Made by a program: the position numbers and the translations under genes. Of a DNA stretch of 64,000 bases, positions 19,901-30,419 are shown one piece after another. Below the pieces are notes generated by a model, which had not been told where the DNA came from, did not search any database, and saw nothing but the letters and a program-made list of their open reading frames with translations. Positions within the stretch are counted from its first letter, which is position 1. The number at the start of each line of letters is the position of its first letter. This stretch comes from Candidatus Cloacimonadales bacterium (GTDB taxonomy: Bacteria; Cloacimonadota; Cloacimonadia; Cloacimonadales; JAFGVF01), in assembly GCA_963667035.1 (NCBI GenBank), contig OY762964.1, positions 384,001 through 448,000 on the forward strand, written 5' to 3'.

Positions 19901-20018
19901 TACAAGAGTCTGGAATGGATTGGATAACAAACGAAAAGCGGTTCCGTCAGGGATTTACTTTATCAGATTAATGACAGATAGTAAGGTGTTTACCAATAAA
20001 GCGGTATTACTAAAATAA
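16950..20018 (+). CDS. M6 family (immune inhibitor A-like) metalloprotease with C-terminal FlgD/T9SS-like domain
   Basis: Signal peptide, QPDG...GDE propeptide, CHEFGHNLGAPDYYD, WDLMGSGSWN, YPNPFNP C-terminal domain. Confidence 0.92.
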   Translation: MKKTVLLFILCLFTLLTAVPASPYPISVKQPDGSKLTIKLKGDEYVNWAQTEDGYTLLKDSGFYCYATKSGEDLVSSGIRAHDNEKSVERSFRSMNEPDLRFSQRQIDEKLATFPKRDYLQRVSRFPTSGTRNLLMILVNFSDTSTLYSQNDFNNYMNQVNYNGTGSFKDYYLECSHNQLTVNTTVTAWVTVSGTHDSYGPESMWDILAYQAVQAADAAGVDFSLFDNDNDGSVDGVAIIHQGSGQEATGDTDDVWSHSYTLEARYSTGQRTFDGVLVGEYTMQPEIYGTGTTMSTIGVMCHEFGHNLGAPDYYDTDYSANGQQSGTGYWDLMGSGSWNNNGYTPAHHNPFTKWKHYGWTSPALLQASSRKTLDSVVDSNNDFYYFETSTADEYFLLENRQKVGFDASLPGHGLMIYHVDEDYIFAHQNANDINATSHQGLYPKAANGTVNYSSCPFPGTSNNTLFNDDSTPNSKSWAGEDSYQNIVIISESGGNVTFDYLWDTAIADITTPDTDDYVYRGTFVPVAVDVSTFYCAVNYVSLTIKNSSGVTTRSLYDYTAPYSFILNTESLSVDRYSLTAQAHIDGGITLTDLIHLNVNSDPEPATNPTPEDLAVDVEPSTLLSWLQSTTGIDPDAYKLYLGTTNPPTTLVMNDNVTSFNPTLNYGTTYYWQVVPYTVEAKSAKGNATNCPVWSFTTMEIQATDDTPSGNITPVNDSEIPEGTAITVEDPPVTPEVPEGSIAIEDVVISVTSSTPVELTVTIYFDSYATSVYYVEGGVYIPDEDLTWDIDNVSFDYMFAGTTKGSYTFVVTEEGIPLAISFSLFEAEVLTAEDVEIHWVTESEAYINHYNVLRSKEDPAEEMTNLTIDSPIFAKHNETTTDYYYTDKEFKQGETYFYWLEAVDYSGHFSLYGPIEVTCEYNENPEDIPEASVTSLTSLYPNPFNPNLNISFSLKEEQDVSIEIYNTKGQLVSTLAGEHLQEGEYTRVWNGLDNKRKAVPSGIYFIRLMTDSKVFTNKAVLLK

Positions 20019-20031
20019 GATTCTAAAGATA

Positions 20032-20062
20032 CGAGAGGGTCAGAGTCTGACCCTCTCTTTAT
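20032..20062 (+). terminator. Intrinsic terminator
   Basis: GAGAGGGTCAGA-G-TCTGACCCTCTC + TTTATTT. Confidence 0.75.
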
Positions 20063-20169
20063 TTCTCTACATCGGTAGTAATGATTATGCTGCATGAAGA
20101 GATATAAGCCATTTTCCTTGACACTATTAAACCATAGTTTAAACTTCAAAAAAATCATAAGGAATTAAA

Positions 20170-22890
20170 ATGGCAAAAGATACGCTATATCTCATAGATG
20201 GAACCGCAGTTTTATATAGAGCTCATTTTGCATTCATAAAAAATCCGTTAATCAACTCAAAAGGTCAACATACAAGTGCTTTGTTCGGGACAATAAACTC
20301 ATTTCTGAGGTTACTTGATGTGTCGGAAGGGAAGCACTTTGCAATAGCCTTCGATAGGAAAGAACCTACTTTCAGAAAAGAGATTAGCAGTGACTACAAA
20401 GCAAATAGACCCCCTATGCCGGGTGAACTTGTTTCTCAATTAGAACCAATAAGGAATTTCTTTGAGTTAATTGGCATGGAGGAATACTCCCTAGCGGGTT
20501 ATGAAGCTGACGATGTGCTTTGCACTATGGCAGAGCGTTATAAAGATAAATACGATATTGTGCTTGTGACCGGTGATAAAGATTATGCTCAGGTTGTAAG
20601 CGAAGGCGTTAGTATCTATGACCCTAAAAAAGAGCAATATCTAAATCCTGAGAAAGTATATGAGAAATACGGAGTGAGACCTAATCAGTTTGTTGATTAT
20701 CTGGCATTAATGGGCGACTCGGCGGACAATATACCCGGTGTGAGAGGAATAGGACCTAAAACAGCATCAGCATTGTTACAGGAATATGATACTTTAGAAG
20801 GTATTTATGAGCATATCGATGATATTACCGGTTCAAAACAGAAAAAGCTAATTGAGTTTAAAGAGGATGCATTTACATCAAGAAAATTAGCTAAGATAGT
20901 ACTGGATGTACCTATTGAAACTGATGATACAGACTTTTTATTTGAACCCAAAGAATTTGATAAAGTTTGTGAGTTTCTTGATACCTTTGAGCTTTCGAGT
21001 TTGAAAAAGAAGCTTATCTCATTGTTTGATGTTAACCCTGATGAGTATAGTGATAGCGAAGAAGTGGAAGAAAGTAGTACAGTAAGCTTTAAACCGGTAC
21101 TTATTAATACGGAGTCTTCATTTCTTACAATGCTGAACAAGATGAGCAAATATGAATATATTGCTTTTGATACGGAGACAACAGGTATAGACCCTCACGA
21201 CTGTGAACTGGTAGGTGTCTCAATTGCTTTTGATAAAGGAGAAGGGTATTATCTACCTTTCAGGCATTTGGAAGCTGAGAATCTGGATACTAAAAAACAT
21301 CTGCCAAGTCTAGTTAAAGCTTTAAAGAATAAGGTGATTATCGGGCATAACATTAAATACGATTTGCACGTGTTACATTATGAAGGATATGATTTTAAGA
21401 ATAAGCTCTTTGATACAATGGTAGCAGCTTATCTATTGGATGCGGGTCGTGGTGCATACTCACTTGATAAGTGTTCTGAGATAGAGCTTAACTATAAGAT
21501 GGTTCCTATATCGGAATTGATAGGCAAAGGACAGAATCAACTAACCTTTGATAGAGTGCCATTGCAAACCGCTACTAAGTACTCTTCGGAAGATGCATAT
21601 ATAACTTTGGAATTATTCGAAATATATAAAGAAAGGCTTATTAACAGCAATCTGGATAAGCTCTTTTATGATATGGAAATGCCACTCATATCAACCCTCT
21701 TGATAATGGAACAAAATGGAGTCTTTTGCGATACTGACTTCCTGAAAGAATTGGAAACAAAGATAGAGAAGTTGAGAGTGGAATTGGAAGATAAAATCTA
21801 CGAGATTGCAGGATATGAGTTTAACCTTAACTCGACCAAGCAATTGGGCAAACTTCTTTTTGAAGAGATGGATATTCCGCCTGTAAAGAAAACAAAAACA
21901 GGATATTCTACCGACACAACCGTTCTGGAGAAACTTGCTAATGAATACGAGGTTGCTAAGTATATCAGTGACTATCGTCAACTAACTAAACTACTATCTA
22001 CTTATGTAATGGCTTTACCGAAGTTGATAAACAGCAAAACCGGAAGAATACATTCCTCATTTAATCAGACTATTGCTTCTACAGGAAGATTATCCTCAAC
22101 TAATCCGAACTTACAAAACATTCCTATCAGAACTGAGATGGGAAGAGAGATTAGAAAAGCGTTCCATGCACAAGAAGCATCGAGCAAGATTATCTCAGCA
22201 GACTACTCACAAATAGAGTTAAGGTTACTTGCCATATTATCAGAAGATAAAGAGATGATTCATGCCTTTAAAGAAGGTATTGATATTCACACAAGAACTG
22301 CGGCATTGATATTTGACATACCTGAAGAGCAAGTAACTAAAGAGCAACGTTCTCAGGCAAAGACAATCAATTTCGGAATAATATACGGTATGGGTTCGGT
22401 TAAGCTATCACAAACTCTTAATATTTCCAGAGCAGAAGCCAAAAAGTTTATTGAGAACTATTTCAAAACATTCCCTACAATCAAGAACTGGATGGATGAA
22501 GCTGTACAATTTGCTAAGCAAAACGAATACTGTGAGACGATGTGGGGAAGAAGACTATATCTGCCTGAAATAAACAAAGATAACCGTTTTGCTTCTGATG
22601 CAGAAAGGGTTGCAGTGAATATGCCCATTCAGGGAAGTGCAGCCGATATAATTAAGACAGCTATGAATAATCTTCAAAAGAGACTTACCGAAAAATATGA
22701 TAATGATGGCGTTAAGATGATTATTCAAGTTCATGACGAGCTAATCTTTGAAGTGGAATTCTACTATGTAGATGAAGCTAAAAACATTATAAGAGAGGAA
22801 ATGGAAAGAGCCCTTCCTGATAAATATAGAGGCGTTATTCCTTTAACGGTTGACATCGGAGAAGGTGACAATTGGTATGAAGCTCACTAG
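20170..22890 (+). CDS. polA: DNA polymerase I
   Basis: 5'-3' exonuclease (LIDG, EADD, GDSADNIPGVRGIG), 3'-5' exonuclease FDTET, polymerase motifs ADYSQIELR, KTINFGIIYG, QVHDEL. Confidence 0.98.
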   Translation: MAKDTLYLIDGTAVLYRAHFAFIKNPLINSKGQHTSALFGTINSFLRLLDVSEGKHFAIAFDRKEPTFRKEISSDYKANRPPMPGELVSQLEPIRNFFELIGMEEYSLAGYEADDVLCTMAERYKDKYDIVLVTGDKDYAQVVSEGVSIYDPKKEQYLNPEKVYEKYGVRPNQFVDYLALMGDSADNIPGVRGIGPKTASALLQEYDTLEGIYEHIDDITGSKQKKLIEFKEDAFTSRKLAKIVLDVPIETDDTDFLFEPKEFDKVCEFLDTFELSSLKKKLISLFDVNPDEYSDSEEVEESSTVSFKPVLINTESSFLTMLNKMSKYEYIAFDTETTGIDPHDCELVGVSIAFDKGEGYYLPFRHLEAENLDTKKHLPSLVKALKNKVIIGHNIKYDLHVLHYEGYDFKNKLFDTMVAAYLLDAGRGAYSLDKCSEIELNYKMVPISELIGKGQNQLTFDRVPLQTATKYSSEDAYITLELFEIYKERLINSNLDKLFYDMEMPLISTLLIMEQNGVFCDTDFLKELETKIEKLRVELEDKIYEIAGYEFNLNSTKQLGKLLFEEMDIPPVKKTKTGYSTDTTVLEKLANEYEVAKYISDYRQLTKLLSTYVMALPKLINSKTGRIHSSFNQTIASTGRLSSTNPNLQNIPIRTEMGREIRKAFHAQEASSKIISADYSQIELRLLAILSEDKEMIHAFKEGIDIHTRTAALIFDIPEEQVTKEQRSQAKTINFGIIYGMGSVKLSQTLNISRAEAKKFIENYFKTFPTIKNWMDEAVQFAKQNEYCETMWGRRLYLPEINKDNRFASDAERVAVNMPIQGSAADIIKTAMNNLQKRLTEKYDNDGVKMIIQVHDELIFEVEFYYVDEAKNIIREEMERALPDKYRGVIPLTVDIGEGDNWYEAH

Positions 22891-22905
22891 TTAGAGGAAG
22901 GATGA

Positions 22906-23682
22906 ATGAAAGAATTTGATAGATTAGTAGAGATAATAGCAAAATTACGTGACCCGTCAGACGGTTGTCCTTGGGATTTAAAACAAACCCATAAGTCACT
23001 TGTATCGGGCTTTATAGAAGAATTGTATGAAACTGTTGAAGCAATCGAAGATAGTAATCCGAAAGCACTTCAAGAAGAACTGGGTGATTTGATGCTACAT
23101 ATCTTGTTACAATCCAGAATTGCAGAGGAAAACAGGGAATTCACCATAGTTGATGCTTTAACCGGAATCAGTGATAAATTGATTAGACGTCATCCCCATA
23201 TCTTTGGTGATACAGAGGAAACCGATGCAGGACAAGTCAAAGTAAATTGGGAGCGAATCAAGAAGGAAGAGAAGAAAAGGGAACGAGAATCAATCCTTGA
23301 TGGAACTCCTTTATCCATGCCTGCTTTGTTGGTTGCTCACAGAGTCCAAGAGAAGGCTGCTTCAACCGGATTTGATTGGGATTCGGTAGAACCTATATTT
23401 GATAAAATAAATGAAGAGCAGGAAGAGATAAAGGAAGCTGTAGAGTTAGGAGAACAGGATAAGATCGAAGAAGAAATCGGTGATTTGATATTCTCTGCAG
23501 TTAATCTTGCCAGAAAGCTGAATGTAGATTCCGAATCAGCTCTAAGAGTCACAATTAATAAGTTCATTAGAAGGTTTAAACAAGTAGAGAAGATTTACTC
23601 TGAGAATGGAGATAAAATGTATGAATCAACTCTTGAAGAGCTTGATGAAACTTGGGAACAAGTTAAACGCACAGAAGCATAA
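22906..23682 (+). CDS. mazG: Nucleoside triphosphate pyrophosphohydrolase MazG
   Basis: GCPWD, EELGDL, KLIRRHPHIFG, EEEIGDLIF. Confidence 0.96.
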   Translation: MKEFDRLVEIIAKLRDPSDGCPWDLKQTHKSLVSGFIEELYETVEAIEDSNPKALQEELGDLMLHILLQSRIAEENREFTIVDALTGISDKLIRRHPHIFGDTEETDAGQVKVNWERIKKEEKKRERESILDGTPLSMPALLVAHRVQEKAASTGFDWDSVEPIFDKINEEQEEIKEAVELGEQDKIEEEIGDLIFSAVNLARKLNVDSESALRVTINKFIRRFKQVEKIYSENGDKMYESTLEELDETWEQVKRTEA

Positions 23683-25162
23683 TAACCTACTCCAACTTTA
23701 TTTCATCGTAGGCAGTATAGTCTTAATAGGTTTTTACATCACCTATACCAATGTTTTGCTTAAAAAAGCTAAGCAGGACTCGGAGTTTATACCTAGAAGT
23801 TTTGCTAATTACATTGTATATATTGAATCACAGATGCTTGAAGCAGAGAGTAATTCAAAACTAATCTCGGAGTTATTCGCAAAATATATAAAATCGTTAA
23901 CCGAAGACGATTACGAAGATATACTAGTTGAGTATATTAGAGATGATTTTGTTACTAATATAACTATGCCTGTGATAATAGCAGATGATAAGAAACAACC
24001 GCTTTACTGGAGAAATCTGGATATACCTGAGTCCGTACAATTTAAAGACCTTAGTTCCGTATATAAGGAGCACATAGAAAAGATAGAAGCTCAGATGGAC
24101 CAAATACCATTGAAGTATGAAAACAAAATTGTTGGATATGTGTTCTATAGAAGTCAAACGGGATTTGAGGATTTTGTACAGGATGTTAACTATCCCTTGA
24201 TAGTGACAGATGAATTCAGAAAACCCAGATATTGGCGTAATATGGGCATTCTTGAAAATGTTAAATATGAAGCTCTGAATGAACCTAATAAGAGCTACAT
24301 AAACAAGCAGATGCATAAGATGGTTGAATTTCCCCTTGAAGCTAATGGAAAGCGAGTAGGCTTTGTTTATTTCGAAGAATCAGGATCATTAAAAAAGATA
24401 CGCTCCTTAGTGTATGTCGAGATACTCTTAATTGTCCTGTTTGTTGCTTTTGGAAGCTATGGCTTCCTGATGATTAAGAACTCGGAAAAGGATTCTTTAT
24501 GGGTTGGATTAGCTAAAGAAACAGCACATCAATTCGGGACTCCCATAACATCTTTACAGGGTTGGACTGATTACTTAAAACTACATTTTGAGGATAGTCA
24601 GGAAGCTGATGAAATTAACCCTATGCTAGAGAATATTGCTGAGGATGTAAAGCATCTTCAGAAGATAGCTTCTCGTTTTGGGAAGGTTGGATCTAATGTT
24701 AAATTACAACCTGTGAAAATCTGCGAAGTTGTTAATGAAACAGTTAGTTATTTTGAGACAAGATTGCCTCACTTTAGTGCTAAAATAAATATTAAACTAA
24801 GTTGTGAGGATACGGAACTGAGAGTTATAATGGAAAAAGAACTGTTTCAATGGACTTTAGAGAATCTTGTTAAAAATAGTATTGATGCAATGACAGCTAA
24901 AGGTGGATTAATCACAATCTCTGTGCTTAAAGAAAACCAGTACATGTCTTTAAGATTGCAAGATGAAGGTAAGGGCATACCTAAAAATATGTTAAAGAAG
25001 ATATTCGAACCCGGTTTTACAACTAAGAAGAGAGGTTGGGGACTGGGACTTAGTCTTGTAAAAAGAATTATTGAAGATTATCATAATGGTGAGATTAGAG
25101 TTGTGGAGACTTCTCCCAAAGGAACAACATTTGAAATCCGACTTAAGGAGCATTTAATATGA
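23606..25162 (+). CDS. Membrane sensor histidine kinase (start uncertain)
   Basis: ETAHQFGTP H-box, NLVKNSIDAM, DEGKG, GWGLGL; two TM segments. Confidence 0.9.
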   Translation: MEIKCMNQLLKSLMKLGNKLNAQKHNNLLQLYFIVGSIVLIGFYITYTNVLLKKAKQDSEFIPRSFANYIVYIESQMLEAESNSKLISELFAKYIKSLTEDDYEDILVEYIRDDFVTNITMPVIIADDKKQPLYWRNLDIPESVQFKDLSSVYKEHIEKIEAQMDQIPLKYENKIVGYVFYRSQTGFEDFVQDVNYPLIVTDEFRKPRYWRNMGILENVKYEALNEPNKSYINKQMHKMVEFPLEANGKRVGFVYFEESGSLKKIRSLVYVEILLIVLFVAFGSYGFLMIKNSEKDSLWVGLAKETAHQFGTPITSLQGWTDYLKLHFEDSQEADEINPMLENIAEDVKHLQKIASRFGKVGSNVKLQPVKICEVVNETVSYFETRLPHFSAKINIKLSCEDTELRVIMEKELFQWTLENLVKNSIDAMTAKGGLITISVLKENQYMSLRLQDEGKGIPKNMLKKIFEPGFTTKKRGWGLGLSLVKRIIEDYHNGEIRVVETSPKGTTFEIRLKEHLI

Positions 25163-26661
25163 CATTGCTAACACCTGAACAAATGTATAAATTAGATAAG
25201 AAAACTATGGATGATTTCGGCATTCCTTCAAGAGTCTTGATGGAAAATGCAGGGAAAGGTTGTGCCGATTATATCAATATTAATTATCCCGATAAATTAG
25301 ATGTAAGTGTTGTATGCTCTACGGGTAATAATGGTGGGGATGGCTTTGTTATAGCGAGATGGTTACATAGCTATGGATATAACTGTACTGTGTATGTGAT
25401 TGGAGATGAAAGCAAGTTTTCAGAGGAGACCAGAGAGAATTATAGCTTATTAAGTAAGCTTAAAATACAGGTTATTAATATAAAAGACGAGGAAGGCTGG
25501 AAAGCCAATAGATTACCTTTACTGACTTCACAATTGATAATCGACAGCATCTTTGGTATTGGTTTTAAAGGTGAGATAAGAGGTATTGCTAAACAGATTG
25601 TTGAATCAATCAATAGGGTTAAAGCGATTGTTATTAGTATTGATATTCCAAGCGGCTTAAATGCTCTGACCGGTAAAACCGCTATTTGTGTAAAAGCAGA
25701 TGAAACTCTTACCATGGCATCATTGAAAACAGGGCATATCTTAGGTGATGGTATGATTTACTGTGGGAAAACAACAGTGATTCCTATTGGTATCCCTAAA
25801 ACTTATTTTTTTGAGGAGAATCCGGTAGTACTGGTAAATGATGAATGTGTCTCTTTACCTGCAAGAAACAAAGTCTCTCATAAAGGTAGCTATGGAAGAA
25901 TCGCCATTATTGCCGGTTCAAAAGGATATACCGGTGCAGCTATTATGTCATGCCAATCAGCTTTGAAGAGTGGTGCTGGATTGATAACTCTTTTTCATAG
26001 AAAGGAGTTGTCCAATATCTTTGAGGTTACTTTGAAAGAGGTAATGACGAAAGAAATTCCGGAAGAAAACGGTATGCCTGATACATACAAATTGATATCA
26101 TTATTGGAGAACTACGATGCTATATTGTTTGGCCCAGGCATTGGTAATAATGAGTATTCCAAACACATTTTGGAAGAAATGATTGTTAAGATTGACAGAC
26201 CCGTTGTGATTGATGCCGATGGTCTAAATATACTTTCCGAGAACTCACATCTGATGAATCAATTAGCTTATAAGGATATTATACTTACTCCTCATATTGG
26301 AGAATTCGGTAGATTAGCCGGTATCTCAGTTAAAGATGTTATTGATAATAAGATTGATGTACTTAAAAACTTCGTTAACAACTACAAAGTGAAAGTTTTA
26401 CTCAAAGATAGTACTACTGTTTTTATGGACGGAGAGAGTACTTATATCAATATTAGTGGAAATGATGGACTTTCTACCGGTGGATCTGGAGATGTTTTAG
26501 CCGGAATCATAGTATCTTTCATAGGTCAGAGGGTGCCGTTATCTGAAGCTCCTATCTCAGCTTCATGGCTTCTTGGTACAACCGCCGAGAAAATAAATAG
26601 AGTGAAAGAGACTAACTCGATCACTCCATCCGATATTATTGATAATCTATTTGTTAGATAA
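25159..26661 (+). CDS. nnr: Bifunctional NAD(P)H-hydrate epimerase/dehydratase
   Basis: LMENAG, GNNGGDG, DIPSG, HKGSYG, DADGLN, TPHIGEF, GGSGDVLAG. Confidence 0.95.
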   Translation: MTLLTPEQMYKLDKKTMDDFGIPSRVLMENAGKGCADYININYPDKLDVSVVCSTGNNGGDGFVIARWLHSYGYNCTVYVIGDESKFSEETRENYSLLSKLKIQVINIKDEEGWKANRLPLLTSQLIIDSIFGIGFKGEIRGIAKQIVESINRVKAIVISIDIPSGLNALTGKTAICVKADETLTMASLKTGHILGDGMIYCGKTTVIPIGIPKTYFFEENPVVLVNDECVSLPARNKVSHKGSYGRIAIIAGSKGYTGAAIMSCQSALKSGAGLITLFHRKELSNIFEVTLKEVMTKEIPEENGMPDTYKLISLLENYDAILFGPGIGNNEYSKHILEEMIVKIDRPVVIDADGLNILSENSHLMNQLAYKDIILTPHIGEFGRLAGISVKDVIDNKIDVLKNFVNNYKVKVLLKDSTTVFMDGESTYINISGNDGLSTGGSGDVLAGIIVSFIGQRVPLSEAPISASWLLGTTAEKINRVKETNSITPSDIIDNLFVR

Positions 26662-26883
26662 TTAATCTATAACAAATAATCCATCTGCATCCCTGAAGTT
26701 TTTGGTTGCTATCATGATTATGTCATATATCCACCAGATACCAAAACCTCCTCCGGTTACCATCATTAGCAGTCCGCTAAATATCTTACCGTTATAAAAT
26801 CTGTGTATACCTAATTCGCCTAAGAATATGCAAAGTAGTAGAGTAGCTAACCAGCTTCTCTTACTGTGTATCTCATTATTCAT
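26662..26883 (-). CDS. TM2 domain protein
   Basis: LLCIFLGELGIHRFYNGK...GGFGIWWIYD. Confidence 0.9.
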   Translation of the reverse strand: MNNEIHSKRSWLATLLLCIFLGELGIHRFYNGKIFSGLLMMVTGGGFGIWWIYDIIMIATKNFRDADGLFVID

Positions 26884-26906
26884 GGAAACTCCTGTTTGAA
26901 TAAGTT

Positions 26907-28184
26907 CTATTTAACCAATATAACTTTCTTTGTCATTGACGCATTATTTAAATCTACTTTCCAAAAATAGATTCCTGAAGGATAGTTCATAGAGCTGAAC
27001 TTGAAACTGTTAATACCTTGATTAAGAATCCCATTATGTACATTCTCAACTAATCTACCTTTAACATCATAGATGTTAATGTTTACACTTTCTGACTTAC
27101 TGTTCACAATTTCTAGAGTACTGTAATCGTTGAAAGGGTTAGGATATGTACTGAGTAACATTGGATGGGCTTGTTGTATCTCTTCATTCGAAGCAGTAGG
27201 GGAGAGTACAATGTTTAATACTTCATAGTCCCCATCAATGGTTACTTGCTCTTCATAAGTATCGTAACCTAAGGCAACTACACTTACATTGTATGTCCCG
27301 TCTTCTAAACCACGATTGAAAGTACCATCTTCACCTGTTAAAAAATAATCTTCGAAATCAGGATTAGAGTCCATTGTTATATAAAAAGCAACATAACCGA
27401 GAGGATTCCCCAAGTTATCTTCAACAGTACCTTCAATTCCTCCTTCCAAATCAGGATATAGGAAGTTGATACCGGATTCATGTCCGTTTACCGTCACTAC
27501 TTGTTGAGGAGGAGTTTGTGTATTTTCTCCTTGTATATCAAGATAGCTGTATACATTTACTGCACATTCAACATTTGGTATAGTATCCGGTACATAAACT
27601 TGATATGAACCTAACATACTACCGAATTCCATTATCAAGTACTCTCCTTCCGGCATTGGGTCAAAGAAGTTAGCTATGCAAGTCATTAATTCGAGATTAG
27701 AGAAGTCGTCTGAATTGTAATTTATATATACAAGAGGACTGGGGACCGGTAAGTCAATCCATCCACCTTCCTGTAACACAGTTCCAGATACGGAGTAATT
27801 AGTGTCTAATTGATTGTAATGAACCAACACACTGTCAGCAACATTGCCATCTTCCAATATGATTGTTACAGGTACGGAGGAAGGTAAACTCATCTCGCAT
27901 TCGAGATTAGCTGTAAAATGACCATCGAAGCCTGTTTCATCGTAACCGAGTCCATCCTGGAATAGACTGAAAGGTATCTCAATTGTGGGGATCTCAAGGA
28001 GTGGAATGTCTATAGAAATGCGATATCCTGCATTCCCCATAACAGACTCAAAGTCAAAATCATATACCATAGTATCGCCAATTGATACGGTTACCTCTTC
28101 TTGTCCGTTAATTGTAAAGTTATGTACTGAGAACAGTGACCCCATAATTGCAAATACTGAAACCAATAATAGCAATTTCTTCAT
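26907..28184 (-). CDS. Secreted protein with carboxypeptidase-regulatory-like domain and FlgD/T9SS-like C-terminal domain
   Basis: Signal peptide, IEGTVEDNLGNPL...GTYNVSV, YPNPFN C-terminal domain. Confidence 0.8.
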   Translation of the reverse strand: MKKLLLLVSVFAIMGSLFSVHNFTINGQEEVTVSIGDTMVYDFDFESVMGNAGYRISIDIPLLEIPTIEIPFSLFQDGLGYDETGFDGHFTANLECEMSLPSSVPVTIILEDGNVADSVLVHYNQLDTNYSVSGTVLQEGGWIDLPVPSPLVYINYNSDDFSNLELMTCIANFFDPMPEGEYLIMEFGSMLGSYQVYVPDTIPNVECAVNVYSYLDIQGENTQTPPQQVVTVNGHESGINFLYPDLEGGIEGTVEDNLGNPLGYVAFYITMDSNPDFEDYFLTGEDGTFNRGLEDGTYNVSVVALGYDTYEEQVTIDGDYEVLNIVLSPTASNEEIQQAHPMLLSTYPNPFNDYSTLEIVNSKSESVNINIYDVKGRLVENVHNGILNQGINSFKFSSMNYPSGIYFWKVDLNNASMTKKVILVK

Positions 28185-28382
28185 AGTTTTTCTCCATATT
28201 TTGTTTATTCAGTTCTTTTTATCCCTTCTTATCCAAGAGTCAAGGAAATTGTCTAGCATGTCTTTATCAATTTTCATCAAAAGAAAATGTGCATTAAGAA
28301 AGAAGTACAATTATAATATTTATATTGACTAAGTAAAACCGAGATATCCAATTATCATAAAAACATAGAAAGGGATTGATTT

Positions 28383-29546
28383 ATGTACGACTTCGATACA
28401 CTATATAAAAGAAAAGGTACAGGCTGTTATAAATATGATGCTTTAAAGCTTGTTTACGATAATGAAGATTTACAACCTCTATGGGTTGCAGATATGGACT
28501 TTGCTATTGCTCCTGAGATTACAAATTCCCTTCAGGAAAGATTAAAGCATCCTATTTATGGATACAACCTAAGGCCTGATAGTTATTATCAATCAATCAT
28601 TAACTGGCTAAAGAGAAGGCATTCTTGGGATATAGAACAATCATGGATATGTAATAGTCCCGGTATAGTTCCCGGAATAAACATGGCTTTGTTGGAGTTA
28701 ACCAAGCCCGGAGATAAAGTTTTGATTCAAGAACCTGTTTATAGCCCTTTTAGGCAAGCTGTCTTGGATCATGGAAGGGAATTGGTTGTGAATCGTTTAG
28801 TCGATAATCTTGGAAATTGGAGTATTGACTTTGTACAACTTGATAAGCAACTTGAGGGAGTAAAGATGTTTATCTTCTGTAGTCCTCATAATCCTATCGG
28901 TCGATTGTGGACAGAAGAAGAATTATTAAAACTGGGTCGATTATGTAAGAAACATAATGTTATTATTTTCAGTGATGAGATACATAACGATTTGATACTG
29001 TCTGATAAAAAGCATATTCCTATAGCAACATTAGAGGATTTTAGTGAGTTCACAATCACGGGTATTGCTCCCAGTAAGACGTTCAATATCCCCGGTTTGA
29101 TTGCATCTGCGTTGATTATTCCTAACAAGATGATTCATAAACGCTTAATGGATTATATGTTTAAGTTACACATGTTCTCACTAAACTCATTTGGGATGGT
29201 AGCTCTAGAAGCTGCTTATAACAAGGGAGAAAAATGGCTTGAGGAATTGCTTGAGTATTTGAGAGGAAATGCTAAACTAGTTAGCGATAAGTTGTCATCT
29301 CTACATCCTGATCTAAAAGTAGCAAAACAGCAAGCGACTTATCTTGCTTGGATAGATCTCCGCTTCACAGGTATGACCAGTAAAGAACTCAACAAACTGT
29401 TTGTAGAGAAAGCAGGTGTTGCCTTAAGTCCCGGTGATGAATTTGGAGTGTCAGGTGACGGATACATGAGATTAAATTTTGCTTTACCGAGAAAAGAATT
29501 AGAATTAGCATTAGATAAGATAATAAAAGCAATAAAAGAAAACTAG
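28383..29546 (+). CDS. PatB/MalY family PLP-dependent C-S lyase
   Basis: [38 protein letters not shown]. Confidence 0.93.
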   Translation: MYDFDTLYKRKGTGCYKYDALKLVYDNEDLQPLWVADMDFAIAPEITNSLQERLKHPIYGYNLRPDSYYQSIINWLKRRHSWDIEQSWICNSPGIVPGINMALLELTKPGDKVLIQEPVYSPFRQAVLDHGRELVVNRLVDNLGNWSIDFVQLDKQLEGVKMFIFCSPHNPIGRLWTEEELLKLGRLCKKHNVIIFSDEIHNDLILSDKKHIPIATLEDFSEFTITGIAPSKTFNIPGLIASALIIPNKMIHKRLMDYMFKLHMFSLNSFGMVALEAAYNKGEKWLEELLEYLRGNAKLVSDKLSSLHPDLKVAKQQATYLAWIDLRFTGMTSKELNKLFVEKAGVALSPGDEFGVSGDGYMRLNFALPRKELELALDKIIKAIKEN

Positions 29547-29556
29547 GGAGGCAAGA

Positions 29557-30375
29557 ATGGATTTACATAAGAAAATTAAAGATCTTTATGATAAGGCTGA
29601 TAACTCGGAATATTATGAAGAGAAATTAACTATTTTCGAAGAGTTTAAGTTTAGATTGAACAACGGTCTTATTCGCTCTGCTGAATATACCGAGAATTGT
29701 TGGAAAGTCAATGAGTGGGTCAAGAAAGGTATTCTTCTTGGTTTTCAAATAGGAGCTATAACTGAGTATCCTCTGGAGAAAGGTAACAGCTTTTGGGATA
29801 AGAACACATATCCTCCCAAGCAATTTACTCTTGAAGATCATGTACGTCTAGTGCCGGGTGGCTCAGCAGTAAGAGATGGAGCTTATATTGCACCAAGCGT
29901 GATAATAATGCCTCCTGCTTATGTGAATGTAGGAGCTTATGTCGATGAAGGTACTTTGATAGATTCTCATGCCTTAGTAGGAAGTTGTGCACAAGTTGGC
30001 AAGTATTGCCATATATCTGCCGGAGTGCAGATTGGCGGAGTTATTGAGCCAATCGGTAGTAAACCGGTTATTATTGAAGACAATGTCTTTCTTGGTGGAC
30101 AATCAGGTCTGTACGAAGGAGTTGTAGTTAAAGCAAATGCCGTACTTGCTCCAGGAACTATTATCTCATCATCAACACCTGTCTATGATGCGGTTAATAG
30201 CTGTTATCTTGAAAAGAAAGACGGCTCAATCGTTATCCCAGAAGGTGCTGTTGTTGTTCCCGGAAGCAGACCATTAAAGGACAATCCTGCTCACCAGATC
30301 TACTGTCCTGTCATTATAAAATACAGAGATGAAAGCACTGATCAAGCATTAGAACTTGAAGAGTATATCAGATAG
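29557..30375 (+). CDS. dapD: Tetrahydrodipicolinate N-succinyltransferase
   Basis: [42 protein letters not shown]. Confidence 0.94.
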   Translation: MDLHKKIKDLYDKADNSEYYEEKLTIFEEFKFRLNNGLIRSAEYTENCWKVNEWVKKGILLGFQIGAITEYPLEKGNSFWDKNTYPPKQFTLEDHVRLVPGGSAVRDGAYIAPSVIIMPPAYVNVGAYVDEGTLIDSHALVGSCAQVGKYCHISAGVQIGGVIEPIGSKPVIIEDNVFLGGQSGLYEGVVVKANAVLAPGTIISSSTPVYDAVNSCYLEKKDGSIVIPEGAVVVPGSRPLKDNPAHQIYCPVIIKYRDESTDQALELEEYIR

Positions 30376-30419
30376 CTAGAATATTATCATTGTAAAAAAG
30401 GGCACAGTTTTGTGCCCTT